64,000 nt of DNA from an uncultured Rikenellaceae bacterium (GTDB lineage: Bacteria; Bacteroidota; Bacteroidia; Bacteroidales; VadinHA17): positions 21,732 through 85,731 of the forward strand of contig CAZWFL010000010.1 of the NCBI GenBank assembly GCA_964633195.1, given 5' to 3'. Made by a program: the position numbers and the translations under genes. A model generated the notes under the pieces. It was not told the DNA's origin, did not search any database, and saw nothing but the letters and a program-made list of their open reading frames with translations. Shown here one piece after another: positions 8,510-17,638 of the stretch; the stretch's first letter is position 1, and the number at the start of each line of letters is the position of its first letter.

Positions 8510-10009
8510 TCAGGGCTTCGAAACAAGACGTTTGCTGGCGAATCTGGTCAGCATAAAGCCAGTAAGAAAAATTGTCATCGTTCCTATTACAATTGTGAGG
8601 TTGCTGTGAAAGGGGCTTCTGAATGCAAGCAGCTTACCCTGGGTAAAGTATAAAGGAGACAGACTCATCCATATTATTACAAGCACACCCATAATCACAC
8701 CTGCCACAGCATCTGCTTTTTTTGCTTTCCTGGAAATATAACCCAGAAGGAAAAGGCCAAGCATGCCGCCACTGAAGATTGATGCAAGAGCCCACCAGGC
8801 ATCAAGAACACTCTCCACACCTACAAGTGCAAGAGCTATACCGATGCCTGCAATCCCGATAATGAAAGATGAGATGTAGAGCACTGTCATAGATGATCTC
8901 TCATCGGCATTTATTCTGAAGTAGCGTTTATAGTAATCGTTCAGGATTATAGTAGCCGTACTGTTAAGGCTTGTTGATACGGTGCTCATTCCTGCAGCAA
9001 AAATGGCCGCTATGAGCAATCCGGTTATCCCTGCGGGCAGGGCGGTTACGATAAAAAAAGGGAAAACCTTATCTCCTGTGCCCGCAACCTTGAGATATTC
9101 AGGCAACAGGTCAGGTCTGGCATTATAGTAAGAGAACAGTGCAGTTCCAATATAAAAGAAAACAAGTGAAACCGGGATATAGAGCAGTGATCCGAAAAGT
9201 GCCGAGAAGGTAGCTCCTTTATCCGATGCCGTTGTCATATATCTCTGGACATAATTCTGATCGATCCCGTAATTTTGGAGGTTGATGAACAATCCATAGA
9301 TAAGGACCACCCAGAATGTAGATTCACTCAGTGAGGTTCCAAGACTTCCGAGGCTGAACTTATTGTTTTCAGATGCTATCGTGAAAAGCTGCCGGGGACC
9401 TTCGGGCATTGAGAACGTTATAAAACCCGCGCTCAGCAGTGCTCCTGAAATAAGTACAATGGCAAGTATGGTGTCAGTCCAGATTACAGCTTTGATACCT
9501 CCAAGCATCGAATATAACATGACCCCCAGTCCGGTGAATATTATTATTAACCTGATGTTCCATCCGAACAAAGCATTGAGTGGCAGAGCCAGCAATAGTA
9601 GTATTGCTCCCGTTCTCATCAGCTGGGTAAGAATATAGCAGAGTGATGCATACATCCTTGCCCAGCTGCCGAACCTCAGTTCAAGGTAATAATAGGCTGA
9701 CACATTACCTATTCCCCTGTAAAGAGGAATAAAAAATTTAACGGCTGCATATGCCGCAAATGGTATGGAAAGACTGAAAACAAAAGCATTCCAGTCACTC
9801 AAATATGCTTTGCCGGGAAGAGCCAGAAAGCTGATACTGCTTACGAAAGTCGCAAAAATTGACATTCCGACAGCCCATGATGGGATTGACCTGCCCCCTG
9901 TTGTAAACTGGTCTGATGTCCTGTTCCTGAAAAAGAAACTGGCACCAAACAATATCACACCGGAGATAAGGATAAAAAAAATGATCGCATCCAGTAAAGG
10001 CAACTTCAT
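8510..10009 (-). CDS. Sodium:solute symporter (SSS family)
   Basis: 499 aa, about 13 TM, typical SSS layout. Directly upstream of, and co-directional with, the BNR protein gene. Confidence 0.8.
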   Translation of the reverse strand: MKLPLLDAIIFFILISGVILFGASFFFRNRTSDQFTTGGRSIPSWAVGMSIFATFVSSISFLALPGKAYLSDWNAFVFSLSIPFAAYAAVKFFIPLYRGIGNVSAYYYLELRFGSWARMYASLCYILTQLMRTGAILLLLALPLNALFGWNIRLIIIFTGLGVMLYSMLGGIKAVIWTDTILAIVLISGALLSAGFITFSMPEGPRQLFTIASENNKFSLGSLGTSLSESTFWVVLIYGLFINLQNYGIDQNYVQRYMTTASDKGATFSALFGSLLYIPVSLVFFYIGTALFSYYNARPDLLPEYLKVAGTGDKVFPFFIVTALPAGITGLLIAAIFAAGMSTVSTSLNSTATIILNDYYKRYFRINADERSSMTVLYISSFIIGIAGIGIALALVGVESVLDAWWALASIFSGGMLGLFLLGYISRKAKKADAVAGVIMGVLVIIWMSLSPLYFTQGKLLAFRSPFHSNLTIVIGTMTIFLTGFMLTRFASKRLVSKP

Positions 10010-10118
10010 GGGAAGATGGTTTTAAAGTGCAATGAAGTCAATGTTCGCGGATAAAATTACAATATAAATATTAGATTTGTGAATGGTTTTCTTCTGACAG
10101 TATATTAATATGTGATAT

Positions 10119-11678
10119 ATGAATAAGGTGAAACGGCAAAAAAGACTCCCGGTTGCATTTTTGATTTTAATAATTTCATATTCTTTAACTTATGGTCAGA
10201 AACGAAACAAGGATGACTTTCTTGGCTCAGCAGATCTCTATAAGGCAAAAAAAATTGCCCTGGAGTATTTAAGCGATTCTCTGACGATAAGAAATTACGG
10301 AACAATATCTGACTCTGTCTGGCACTATGCCGAGCTTGGTATGCAGGAATACAAATCGGCAGCGTTATTAATGAGAACGCTTGAAGCAGAGGGCTTCAGT
10401 ATTGAAAAAGGAGTTGCAGGCATGCCTACCTGTTTTGTCGCAACATGGGGGGAAGGAAAACCGGTAATCGGTATCCTGGGTGAATTTGATGCATTACCCA
10501 TGCTGTCACAAAAAGCCCTTGTCCCCATTCAGGATCCTGTTGTGCCCGGTGCCCCCGGCCACGGATGCGGGCACAACATGATGGGTGTTGCTGCAGCCGC
10601 AGCAGCAATTTCAGTCAGGAAAAGCATGGAATTGAATAATTTAAAGGGGACAATAAAATTCTTTGGTTCGCCTGCGGAAGAGACTCTTATCAGTCGCCCG
10701 TACATGGTCAGGGAGGGAGTCTTCAGCGATGTTGATGCTGTGATAGATAATCATACATCATCAAACTTTTCAACCGGTTATGGTGTCAGCGGTAATGCCG
10801 TTATTTCAGCGCTCTTTACATTCAGGGGTAAAACAGCTCACGCTGCCGGATCTCCATGGAGTGGCAGAAGTGCGCTTGACGCCGTCGAATTAATGAATAT
10901 TGCCACCAATTATCTCCGTGAACATCTTTTCTATACAAACCGGATGCATTACGTTATTACCGAAGGTGGAGAGGCTCCGAATGTGGTACCTGATAAGGCA
11001 ACGGTCTGGTACTATATCAGAAATACGGATGAAAGACTCGAAGAGATGTACGAACGGGTAATTGATTGCGCAAAAGGGGCAGCTCTTGCTTCAGGATGCA
11101 TACTTGATACTATAAGGTTCATAGCAGGCGTTCATCAGAAACATTCCAACAAGGGACTGGCTGAAGCATTACGAAAAAATATTGAACTTGTCGGACTGCC
11201 TGAATGGACCGAAAAAGAACACATTTTTGCAAAATCTCTCCAGAAAGAGCTGGGTGCAAAAGAGACGGGTTACCCGACGGAAATAGGCCCGTGGCGCCCG
11301 CCATCCGGTGTTCAGGTCGGTGGAGGATCGACCGATGTCGGTGACGTCAGTCTGGTGGTGCCAACAGCAACCCTTAACTTTCCTGGCGGAGTTCCCGGAT
11401 CGATTGGCCATCACTGGTCGTCCGTAGCCTCAAATTATGGAAGCGCAGCGTGGAAAGGGCTTACTGCAGGAGCAAAAGTTATGGCAGGAACCGCATTGGA
11501 TCTGATTACAAAACCTAAGTTACTTAATGAAATAAAAACCGAATTTGAAGAGTATTCCAAAGAACACCCTTATAAATCTTTCCTGCCCGAAACAGCAAAA
11601 CCACCTCTCGATCTTAACAGGGATATTATGGAAAAATACCGTAATGAGATGGCTCAGGGTAATAACATGATTGATTGA
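10119..11678 (+). CDS. M20-family amidohydrolase (AbgB-like), secreted
   Basis: 519 aa with a signal peptide. Metal-ligand region GHGCGHN; overall M20D / aminobenzoyl-glutamate hydrolase subunit B resemblance. Confidence 0.75.
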   Translation: MNKVKRQKRLPVAFLILIISYSLTYGQKRNKDDFLGSADLYKAKKIALEYLSDSLTIRNYGTISDSVWHYAELGMQEYKSAALLMRTLEAEGFSIEKGVAGMPTCFVATWGEGKPVIGILGEFDALPMLSQKALVPIQDPVVPGAPGHGCGHNMMGVAAAAAAISVRKSMELNNLKGTIKFFGSPAEETLISRPYMVREGVFSDVDAVIDNHTSSNFSTGYGVSGNAVISALFTFRGKTAHAAGSPWSGRSALDAVELMNIATNYLREHLFYTNRMHYVITEGGEAPNVVPDKATVWYYIRNTDERLEEMYERVIDCAKGAALASGCILDTIRFIAGVHQKHSNKGLAEALRKNIELVGLPEWTEKEHIFAKSLQKELGAKETGYPTEIGPWRPPSGVQVGGGSTDVGDVSLVVPTATLNFPGGVPGSIGHHWSSVASNYGSAAWKGLTAGAKVMAGTALDLITKPKLLNEIKTEFEEYSKEHPYKSFLPETAKPPLDLNRDIMEKYRNEMAQGNNMID

Positions 11679-11704
11679 CAATCCATCATTAGTGATCCAG
11701 GCAC

Positions 11705-12490
11705 ATGCAAAAGGGATATTTTGATAAAGAGAGTTATTCCACACCGGTAAAAGAGAAGCCCGGTTTAATTGATAAACTTCTGCTTGATAACAGACTCTTT
11801 TTTGCAGTGAAGTATGCCTATATTGTCCTTAAAACCAGAAGAGAAGCAATAAAAGGAGTTTACGATGACAGGGCATGGGCCGATTCATCCTTTTATATAC
11901 TGAAATTTATTGAACGAACAGGCGGCAGATTCAATATCACCGGCATGGAGAACCTTGCAAAGTCTCCGGAGCCTGTTCTCTTTATCGGGAATCACATGAG
12001 CACGCTCGAAACAATGGTTCTGCCAAGCATAATTTCCCCTCACCGGAAGGTGACCTTTGTCGTAAAGGAGAGCCTTGTGAAGCATCCCCTGTTCGGAGAT
12101 GTGATGAGATCGCGGAATCCTATTGTGGTTGGACGGACAGACCCGCGAAAAGACCTTGAGACTGTAATGACGGGCGGCTTACGGCTACTCTCGGAAGGAA
12201 TATCCATAATAATATTTCCCCAGAGCACCAGAAGCACCGACTTCAAACCCGAAGATTTTAATTCACTCGGAGTAAAACTGGCAAGAAAGGCCGGAGTTGA
12301 TGTGGTTCCATTCGCGCTTAAAACAGATTTCTGGGGTAAGGGAAAGCTGATAAGTGAAATCGGCCCCCTGGATCATACGAAAGAGATCCATTTCCGTTTC
12401 GGAGAACCCTTTAGCGTTACCGGAAGAGGCAGGGAAGATAATCAGATGATAATCGACTTTATCCAGGATGCCCTAAGGGAATGGGGTTGA
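11705..12490 (+). CDS. Lysophospholipid acyltransferase (PlsC family)
   Basis: 261 aa. NHMSTLE block (HX4D-type position) and a downstream FPQSTRS block typical of 1-acyl-glycerol-3-phosphate acyltransferases. Confidence 0.7.
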   Translation: MQKGYFDKESYSTPVKEKPGLIDKLLLDNRLFFAVKYAYIVLKTRREAIKGVYDDRAWADSSFYILKFIERTGGRFNITGMENLAKSPEPVLFIGNHMSTLETMVLPSIISPHRKVTFVVKESLVKHPLFGDVMRSRNPIVVGRTDPRKDLETVMTGGLRLLSEGISIIIFPQSTRSTDFKPEDFNSLGVKLARKAGVDVVPFALKTDFWGKGKLISEIGPLDHTKEIHFRFGEPFSVTGRGREDNQMIIDFIQDALREWG

Positions 12491-12567
12491 TATAGTGTTT
12501 CAAAGTTTGGCTTCGCCGAGCTCGTCGCGTTGCTCCTCGGTTCAGGGTTTCAGGATTTCACAAACCA

Positions 12568-12647
12568 CTACGCCGCTACGCCGTTCCGCCGTTACGCCGC
12601 TACGCCGCTACGCCGTTACGCCGTTGCGCCGCTATACCGCTATACCG
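12568..12647. repeat. 8-nt tandem repeat (ctacgccg and variants) x10
   Basis: ctacgccg|ctacgccg|ttccgccg|ttacgccg|ctacgccg|ctacgccg|ttacgccg|ttgcgccg|ctataccg|ctataccg. Explains the spurious 67-aa ORF at 12495..12698. Confidence 0.9.
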
Positions 12648-12830
12648 TTAAATTTTTTTTTGGGAGGAAAAAAATTTAAGTGTATTGTTTACATTTAATA
12701 ATATTTCTTCTTAAATTTGGAGAAACCTATGAAACCCTGAAACCGGCATGTCTTTGTTCCCGGGTATATTCTTTTTTATGGATCTTGTTCTTGAAATTAT
12801 TCATAATCAAATAATTACAATAGTGTTATT

Positions 12831-14483
12831 ATGGAAACATTAGACTGGATTGTCCTGGCAGTTTTCTGCCTTGGTCTTGTGGGGATAATTCTCTGGGTGC
12901 TGAAAAAACGGGAAGATACCACAACAGACTACTTTCTGGCCGGCCGTGATGCAACATGGCTGGCAATAGGTGCATCGATATTTGCATCCAATATCGGCTC
13001 GGAACATCTTGTAGGACTGGCAGGAGCAGGAGCATCAAGCGGTATGGCGATGGCGCACTGGGAGATGCACGGATGGATAATATTGATACTGGGGTGGTTC
13101 TTTGTCCCCTTCTACGCACGTAGCGGAGTATTTACGATGCCTGAATTCCTTGAGAAAAGGTATAATAAGAACTCAAGATCTTTCCTTTCGATAATATCGC
13201 TTGTCAGTTATGTTCTTACCAAAGTGGCAGTCACAGTCTATGCAGGAGGTGTTGTTTTCAAGGAAGTATTCGGCATTGAGTCGATGTTCGGGATAGATTT
13301 CTTCTGGATAAGTGCTATCGGACTGGTGCTGCTTACAGGGGTCTACACAACCCTGGGAGGCATGAGGGCAGTATTGTTCACTTCGGTGCTTCAAACACCG
13401 GTTCTTCTCATCGGATCACTGGCTATCCTTGTTATCGGGCTGATAAAACTGGGCGGATGGTCTGAGATGATGGAGATATGCCGGGCTGTTCCTATTAATG
13501 ATGCAGGAGACACAATGACCAATCTGATGAGATCACACAGCGACCCGGAGTTCCCCTGGACAGGTGTTATTCTCGGATCGGCTATTATCGGTTTCTGGTA
13601 CTGGTGCACCGATCAGTTCATAGTTCAGAGGGTCCTTTCAGGCCGCAACCAGACAGAATCAAGGAGGGGGGCCATACTGGGTGCCACTTTCAAACTTTCA
13701 CCTGTATTCATATTCCTTATCCCGGGGATGATTGCCTATGCGCTTAACCAGAAGGGACTCATTGTACTGACTGATTCAGATGCAGCATTCCCTGTTATGG
13801 TAAAAGAACTGCTGCCTATCGGTTTTACGGGACTTGTTGTGGGAGGTATTCTTGCCGCCCTGATGAGCTCTCTCGCTTCGCTCTATAACTCATCAGCCAC
13901 CCTTTTCACGGTGGATTTCTATAAGAAATACAGGCCGCAGGCTCTGGAGAAGGAACTCGTAAGGGTTGGGAGAATAGCAACAATGGTCGTTGTTGTGCTG
14001 GGTATACTCTGGATACCCGTTATGAAGGGAATCGGCAAGGTGCTCTATGAATACCTGCAGGATGTCCAGTCGATGCTGGCTCCGGGAATTGCAGCTGCAT
14101 TCCTCCTGGGGGTCCTTTCGAAAAGAATAACACCAAAGGCAGGGTTTTACGGACTTCTGATCGGATTTGTCATTGGGATGACACGCCTTGGATTTATGGT
14201 TTTCGGAGGCGGACTAAGCGAAACAAGTGTTTTTTATGAAGTATTCATTGGTACAAATTGGCTTCATTATGAGGTAGTTAACTTCTTTATTGTCATCATA
14301 TCCATGATAATAATAAGCACATTCACACCCAGATCCGATCTGGTAGCAATACGGGGTCTCTATTTCGGATCTGCGACCGCGGAAGAAAAAGCTGTTACCA
14401 GGGCAAGCTGGAACAACTGGGACCTCTTCTTCTCAGGTATTGTAATAGTAGTTATTATCGTATTTTATATCTATTTCTGGTAG
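12831..14483 (+). CDS. Sodium/sugar cotransporter (SGLT-type SSS family)
   Basis: 550 aa. N-terminal YFLAGR and GASIFASNIGSEHLVGLAG motifs typical of SGLT/SSS sugar symporters. First gene of the arabinose block. Confidence 0.85.
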   Translation: METLDWIVLAVFCLGLVGIILWVLKKREDTTTDYFLAGRDATWLAIGASIFASNIGSEHLVGLAGAGASSGMAMAHWEMHGWIILILGWFFVPFYARSGVFTMPEFLEKRYNKNSRSFLSIISLVSYVLTKVAVTVYAGGVVFKEVFGIESMFGIDFFWISAIGLVLLTGVYTTLGGMRAVLFTSVLQTPVLLIGSLAILVIGLIKLGGWSEMMEICRAVPINDAGDTMTNLMRSHSDPEFPWTGVILGSAIIGFWYWCTDQFIVQRVLSGRNQTESRRGAILGATFKLSPVFIFLIPGMIAYALNQKGLIVLTDSDAAFPVMVKELLPIGFTGLVVGGILAALMSSLASLYNSSATLFTVDFYKKYRPQALEKELVRVGRIATMVVVVLGILWIPVMKGIGKVLYEYLQDVQSMLAPGIAAAFLLGVLSKRITPKAGFYGLLIGFVIGMTRLGFMVFGGGLSETSVFYEVFIGTNWLHYEVVNFFIVIISMIIISTFTPRSDLVAIRGLYFGSATAEEKAVTRASWNNWDLFFSGIVIVVIIVFYIYFW

Positions 14484-14511
14484 TATTGAAGAACATAAAA
14501 AAAATAAGATC

Positions 14512-16005
14512 ATGTATGATATAAGCAATAAGGAAATATGGTTTATCACAGGGAGTCAGCATCTGTACGGCCCTGAAACGCTTAAACAGGTCGCTGAGGA
14601 TTCAAAGGTAATAGCCGAAGCATTTGACAATTCAACAGTTATACCATGCCGGGTTATTTTCAAGCCTGTGCTTACCACACCCGATTCTGTTTTTGAATTG
14701 TGCTCCGAAGCCAACAACAAAATGAACTGTATAGGCCTGATTACATGGATGCACACTTTTTCACCTGCTAAGATGTGGATAAAAGGTCTGCTTGCTCTCA
14801 ATAAACCCTTTCTGCACCTGCACACCCAGCTTAACAGAGATATTCCGTGGAACACTATCGACATGGACTTCATGAACCTCAACCAGTCGGCGCATGGTGA
14901 CCGCGAATTCGGATTCATCGGAGCCAGGATGAGGCTCAACAGGAAAATAGTTGTCGGTCACTGGCAGGAGAGTGAAGTTATAAAAAAGGTAGCAGTATGG
15001 GCAAGAGCGGCCGCTGCTTACGACGATGCCCTAAGCATGAAGGTGGCAAGATTCGGTGACAACATGAGGGATGTGGCTGTTACTGAGGGAAATAAGGTAA
15101 GTGCCCAGATAAAACTCGGGTATTCGGTTTATGGGTACGGTATAGGTGACCTCGTTAATGCGGTTGAATCTGTTGATGAGAACCAGTCAGAGATGCTGAT
15201 AGAAGAATACAGGTCGAAGTATAATCTAACCGCTGAAGTTGCTGCATCTGAGACGCTCCGTGAGGCTGCACGTATAGAGGCCGGCATGGAGAGGTTTCTG
15301 ACTGAGGGGAATTTCAAAGCTTTTACAACGACCTTTGAGGATCTTCACGGCATGAAACAGCTCCCCGGTCTTGCAGTACAGCGTTTAATGGAGAAAGGTT
15401 ACGGTTTTGGTGCGGAAGGTGACTGGAAAACAGCAGCTCTGGTAAGGTCTATGAAGGTTATGGCTTCGAGGCTGCCCGGAGGAACATCATTCATGGAAGA
15501 TTATACATATCATCTCGATCCGGCAAATATGAGTGTGCTGGGAGCCCACATGCTCGAAGTGTGTCCTTCGATCGCGGCCGGAAAACCCTCACTTGAGGTT
15601 CATCCGCTTTCTATCGGAGGTAAAGCTGATCCGGCACGGCTGGTATTCAGGGCAGCCACAGGGAAAGCGCTGAACGCCTCTCTTATCGACATTGGAAACA
15701 GGTTCAGGATGCTTGTTAACGAGGTTGAAGTCATTGAGTGCCCCGATATGCCCAAACTCCCTGTAGCCAGCGTTCTGTGGAAACCACTGCCTGACCTTAA
15801 GAGGGCTGCAGAAGCATGGATCATTGCAGGGGGTGCTCATCACACAGGATTCAGTACAGCTATAAATGCTGATTATATTGAGGACTTCTGTTCAATGACA
15901 GGAACCGAATATCTCCTGATAGGCAATGAATGCGACATACCATCTTTCAGGAAGGAGCTGAGGTGGAATGAGATATATTATCATATCTCGGATGGTATAA
16001 AATAG
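14512..16005 (+). CDS. araA: L-arabinose isomerase
   Basis: 497 aa, collinear with E. coli AraA as I recall it (WFITGSQHLYGPETL, HTFSPAKMW, MDFMNLNQSAHGDREFGFIGARM, GGTSFMEDYTYH, HMLEVCPSIA, GGAHHT). Confidence 0.95.
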   Translation: MYDISNKEIWFITGSQHLYGPETLKQVAEDSKVIAEAFDNSTVIPCRVIFKPVLTTPDSVFELCSEANNKMNCIGLITWMHTFSPAKMWIKGLLALNKPFLHLHTQLNRDIPWNTIDMDFMNLNQSAHGDREFGFIGARMRLNRKIVVGHWQESEVIKKVAVWARAAAAYDDALSMKVARFGDNMRDVAVTEGNKVSAQIKLGYSVYGYGIGDLVNAVESVDENQSEMLIEEYRSKYNLTAEVAASETLREAARIEAGMERFLTEGNFKAFTTTFEDLHGMKQLPGLAVQRLMEKGYGFGAEGDWKTAALVRSMKVMASRLPGGTSFMEDYTYHLDPANMSVLGAHMLEVCPSIAAGKPSLEVHPLSIGGKADPARLVFRAATGKALNASLIDIGNRFRMLVNEVEVIECPDMPKLPVASVLWKPLPDLKRAAEAWIIAGGAHHTGFSTAINADYIEDFCSMTGTEYLLIGNECDIPSFRKELRWNEIYYHISDGIK

Positions 16006-16033
16006 TTTCGGTTTGTTTAGTATTGATATCCAG

Positions 16034-16759
16034 ATGAATACAGGACAAATACCGAAAAAGAGATTATATTCGGAACATTCAAGGCATCTGGTTGCGGTTG
16101 ATTGTATAATATTCGGCTATGACATAAAAGACAAGGAGATAAAACTCCTGCTCATAAAGAGAAGTATGGAACCTGCAAAGGGCAAGTGGTCGCTTGCCGG
16201 CGGGTTTGTGAAGGAATATGAGAGTCTGGATGATGCAGCCGGCAGAATACTTGGTGCACTTACCGGGCTGAAGAATATTTACATGGAACAATCATTCTCA
16301 TACGGGGAAACGGACAGAGATCCCGGGGCAAGAGTTATATCAACGGCTTACAGTGCTCTGATCAAGATAAGGGATATTGACAGGGAGTTAAAAGAGAAAA
16401 ACGGAGCTCACTGGCAATCAATATCAAGGTTGCCCCGGTTGATTTTTGACCACCATAGAATGGTTAACAGGGCTCTGAGGAGCCTGAGGATGCAGATAAA
16501 AATAAAACCGGTGGGGTTTGAACTTCTTCCCGAGAAATTTACGCTGGTGCAGTTACAGGATCTCTACGAAGCAATATATCAACGCGATGTTGACAAAAGG
16601 AATTTCAGGAAGAAGATACTTTCTATGAATATCATTGAGAAACTTGACGAGAAGGAGAAAGAGACATCGAAGAAAGGAGCCTGGTATTACAGGTTCAACA
16701 GAAGCAGATATGAGGTGCTCAGGCAGAACGGGTTTTATTTCAATCTGGATGTGAACTGA
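16034..16759 (+). CDS. NUDIX-domain transcriptional regulator (NrtR/AraR type)
   Basis: The track ORF starts at TTG 16013; ATG 16034 is more plausible. NUDIX-fold N-terminal half (WSLAGGFV...) plus a C-terminal winged-helix-like region. Its position inside the ara cluster matches the Bacteroides AraR arrangement. Confidence 0.7.
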   Translation: MNTGQIPKKRLYSEHSRHLVAVDCIIFGYDIKDKEIKLLLIKRSMEPAKGKWSLAGGFVKEYESLDDAAGRILGALTGLKNIYMEQSFSYGETDRDPGARVISTAYSALIKIRDIDRELKEKNGAHWQSISRLPRLIFDHHRMVNRALRSLRMQIKIKPVGFELLPEKFTLVQLQDLYEAIYQRDVDKRNFRKKILSMNIIEKLDEKEKETSKKGAWYYRFNRSRYEVLRQNGFYFNLDVN

Positions 16760-16887
16760 GAAGTTGGGAGTAGGGAGTTGGAGGAGACTGAGGAGTGAAA
16801 CGACGAAATCCCGTAAAGCGAAAGAGCAACATCCCGCAGAGCTTGAGCCTGAAGTATGTAGTTGAGATCGTAATATAAAGAAGGGTT

Positions 16888-17571
16888 ATGCTTAAAGAGT
16901 TAAAAAAGAGTGTTTACGAGGCGAATATTGAGCTCCTTAAGCAGGGGCTTGTTATTCATACCTGGGGAAATGTGAGTGGCAGGGATCCCGGGAGCGGACT
17001 GGTGGTGATCAAACCTTCAGGCGTGGGTTACAGGGCGATGACACCTGGCGATATGGTAGTGGTTGACCCTGAGGGAAAGGTTGTTGAAGGCAAATATAAG
17101 CCCTCTACCGATACCCCTACGCATCTCTTGCTTTATAAAGCTTACAGCACGGTAGGGGGCATCGTTCATACACATTCAACCTATGCCACGGCATGGGCTC
17201 AGGCGGGGAAGAGCATACCGCCTCTTGGCACGACCCATGCCGATCATTATTACGGGGAAGTTCCATGCACAAGGATTCTGACTGACAGAGAGGCGGGCAG
17301 CGATTATGAAGTGAATACCGGCAAATTGATACTGGAGACACTGAAGGGCATTGATCCCCTTGTAGTCCCCTCGGTCCTGATCAACAGACACGGCCCTTTT
17401 TGCTGGGGACTTGATGCTGACGAAGCAGTTTATAATGCGGTTGCTCTCGAAGAGATTGCAAGAATCGCTTTCTATACCGTATTGCTTGGAAAAAGCACAC
17501 CGGCTGAGAAGTATCTGCTCGACCGGCATTTCAGCCGTAAGCACGGAAAGGATGCTTATTACGGCCAGTAA
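16888..17571 (+). CDS. araD: L-ribulose-5-phosphate 4-epimerase
   Basis: 227 aa, collinear with E. coli AraD as I recall it (TWGNVS, VIKPSGV, KPSTDTPTH, GGIVHTHS, GTTHADHYYG, RKHGKDAYYGQ). Confidence 0.95.
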   Translation: MLKELKKSVYEANIELLKQGLVIHTWGNVSGRDPGSGLVVIKPSGVGYRAMTPGDMVVVDPEGKVVEGKYKPSTDTPTHLLLYKAYSTVGGIVHTHSTYATAWAQAGKSIPPLGTTHADHYYGEVPCTRILTDREAGSDYEVNTGKLILETLKGIDPLVVPSVLINRHGPFCWGLDADEAVYNAVALEEIARIAFYTVLLGKSTPAEKYLLDRHFSRKHGKDAYYGQ

Positions 17572-17609
17572 TCAGTAATCAGTAATCAGGAATCGGTAAT
17601 CGGTAATCA
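17568..17609. repeat. 7-nt tandem repeat (gtaatca and variants) x6, overlapping the araD stop codon
   Basis: gtaatca|gtaatca|gtaatca|ggaatcg|gtaatcg|gtaatca. The araD stop taa is at 17569-17571. Confidence 0.9.
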
Positions 17610-17638
17610 GCACTTTGAAAAATAAATATCTTAATCTT

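Noticed and set aside
12495-12698. 67-aa ORF with TPLRRYAV periodicity
   Set aside because: It is simply the translation of the 8-nt tandem array (3 x 8 nt = 8 aa period). It starts at a non-ATG codon and has no coding-like context.
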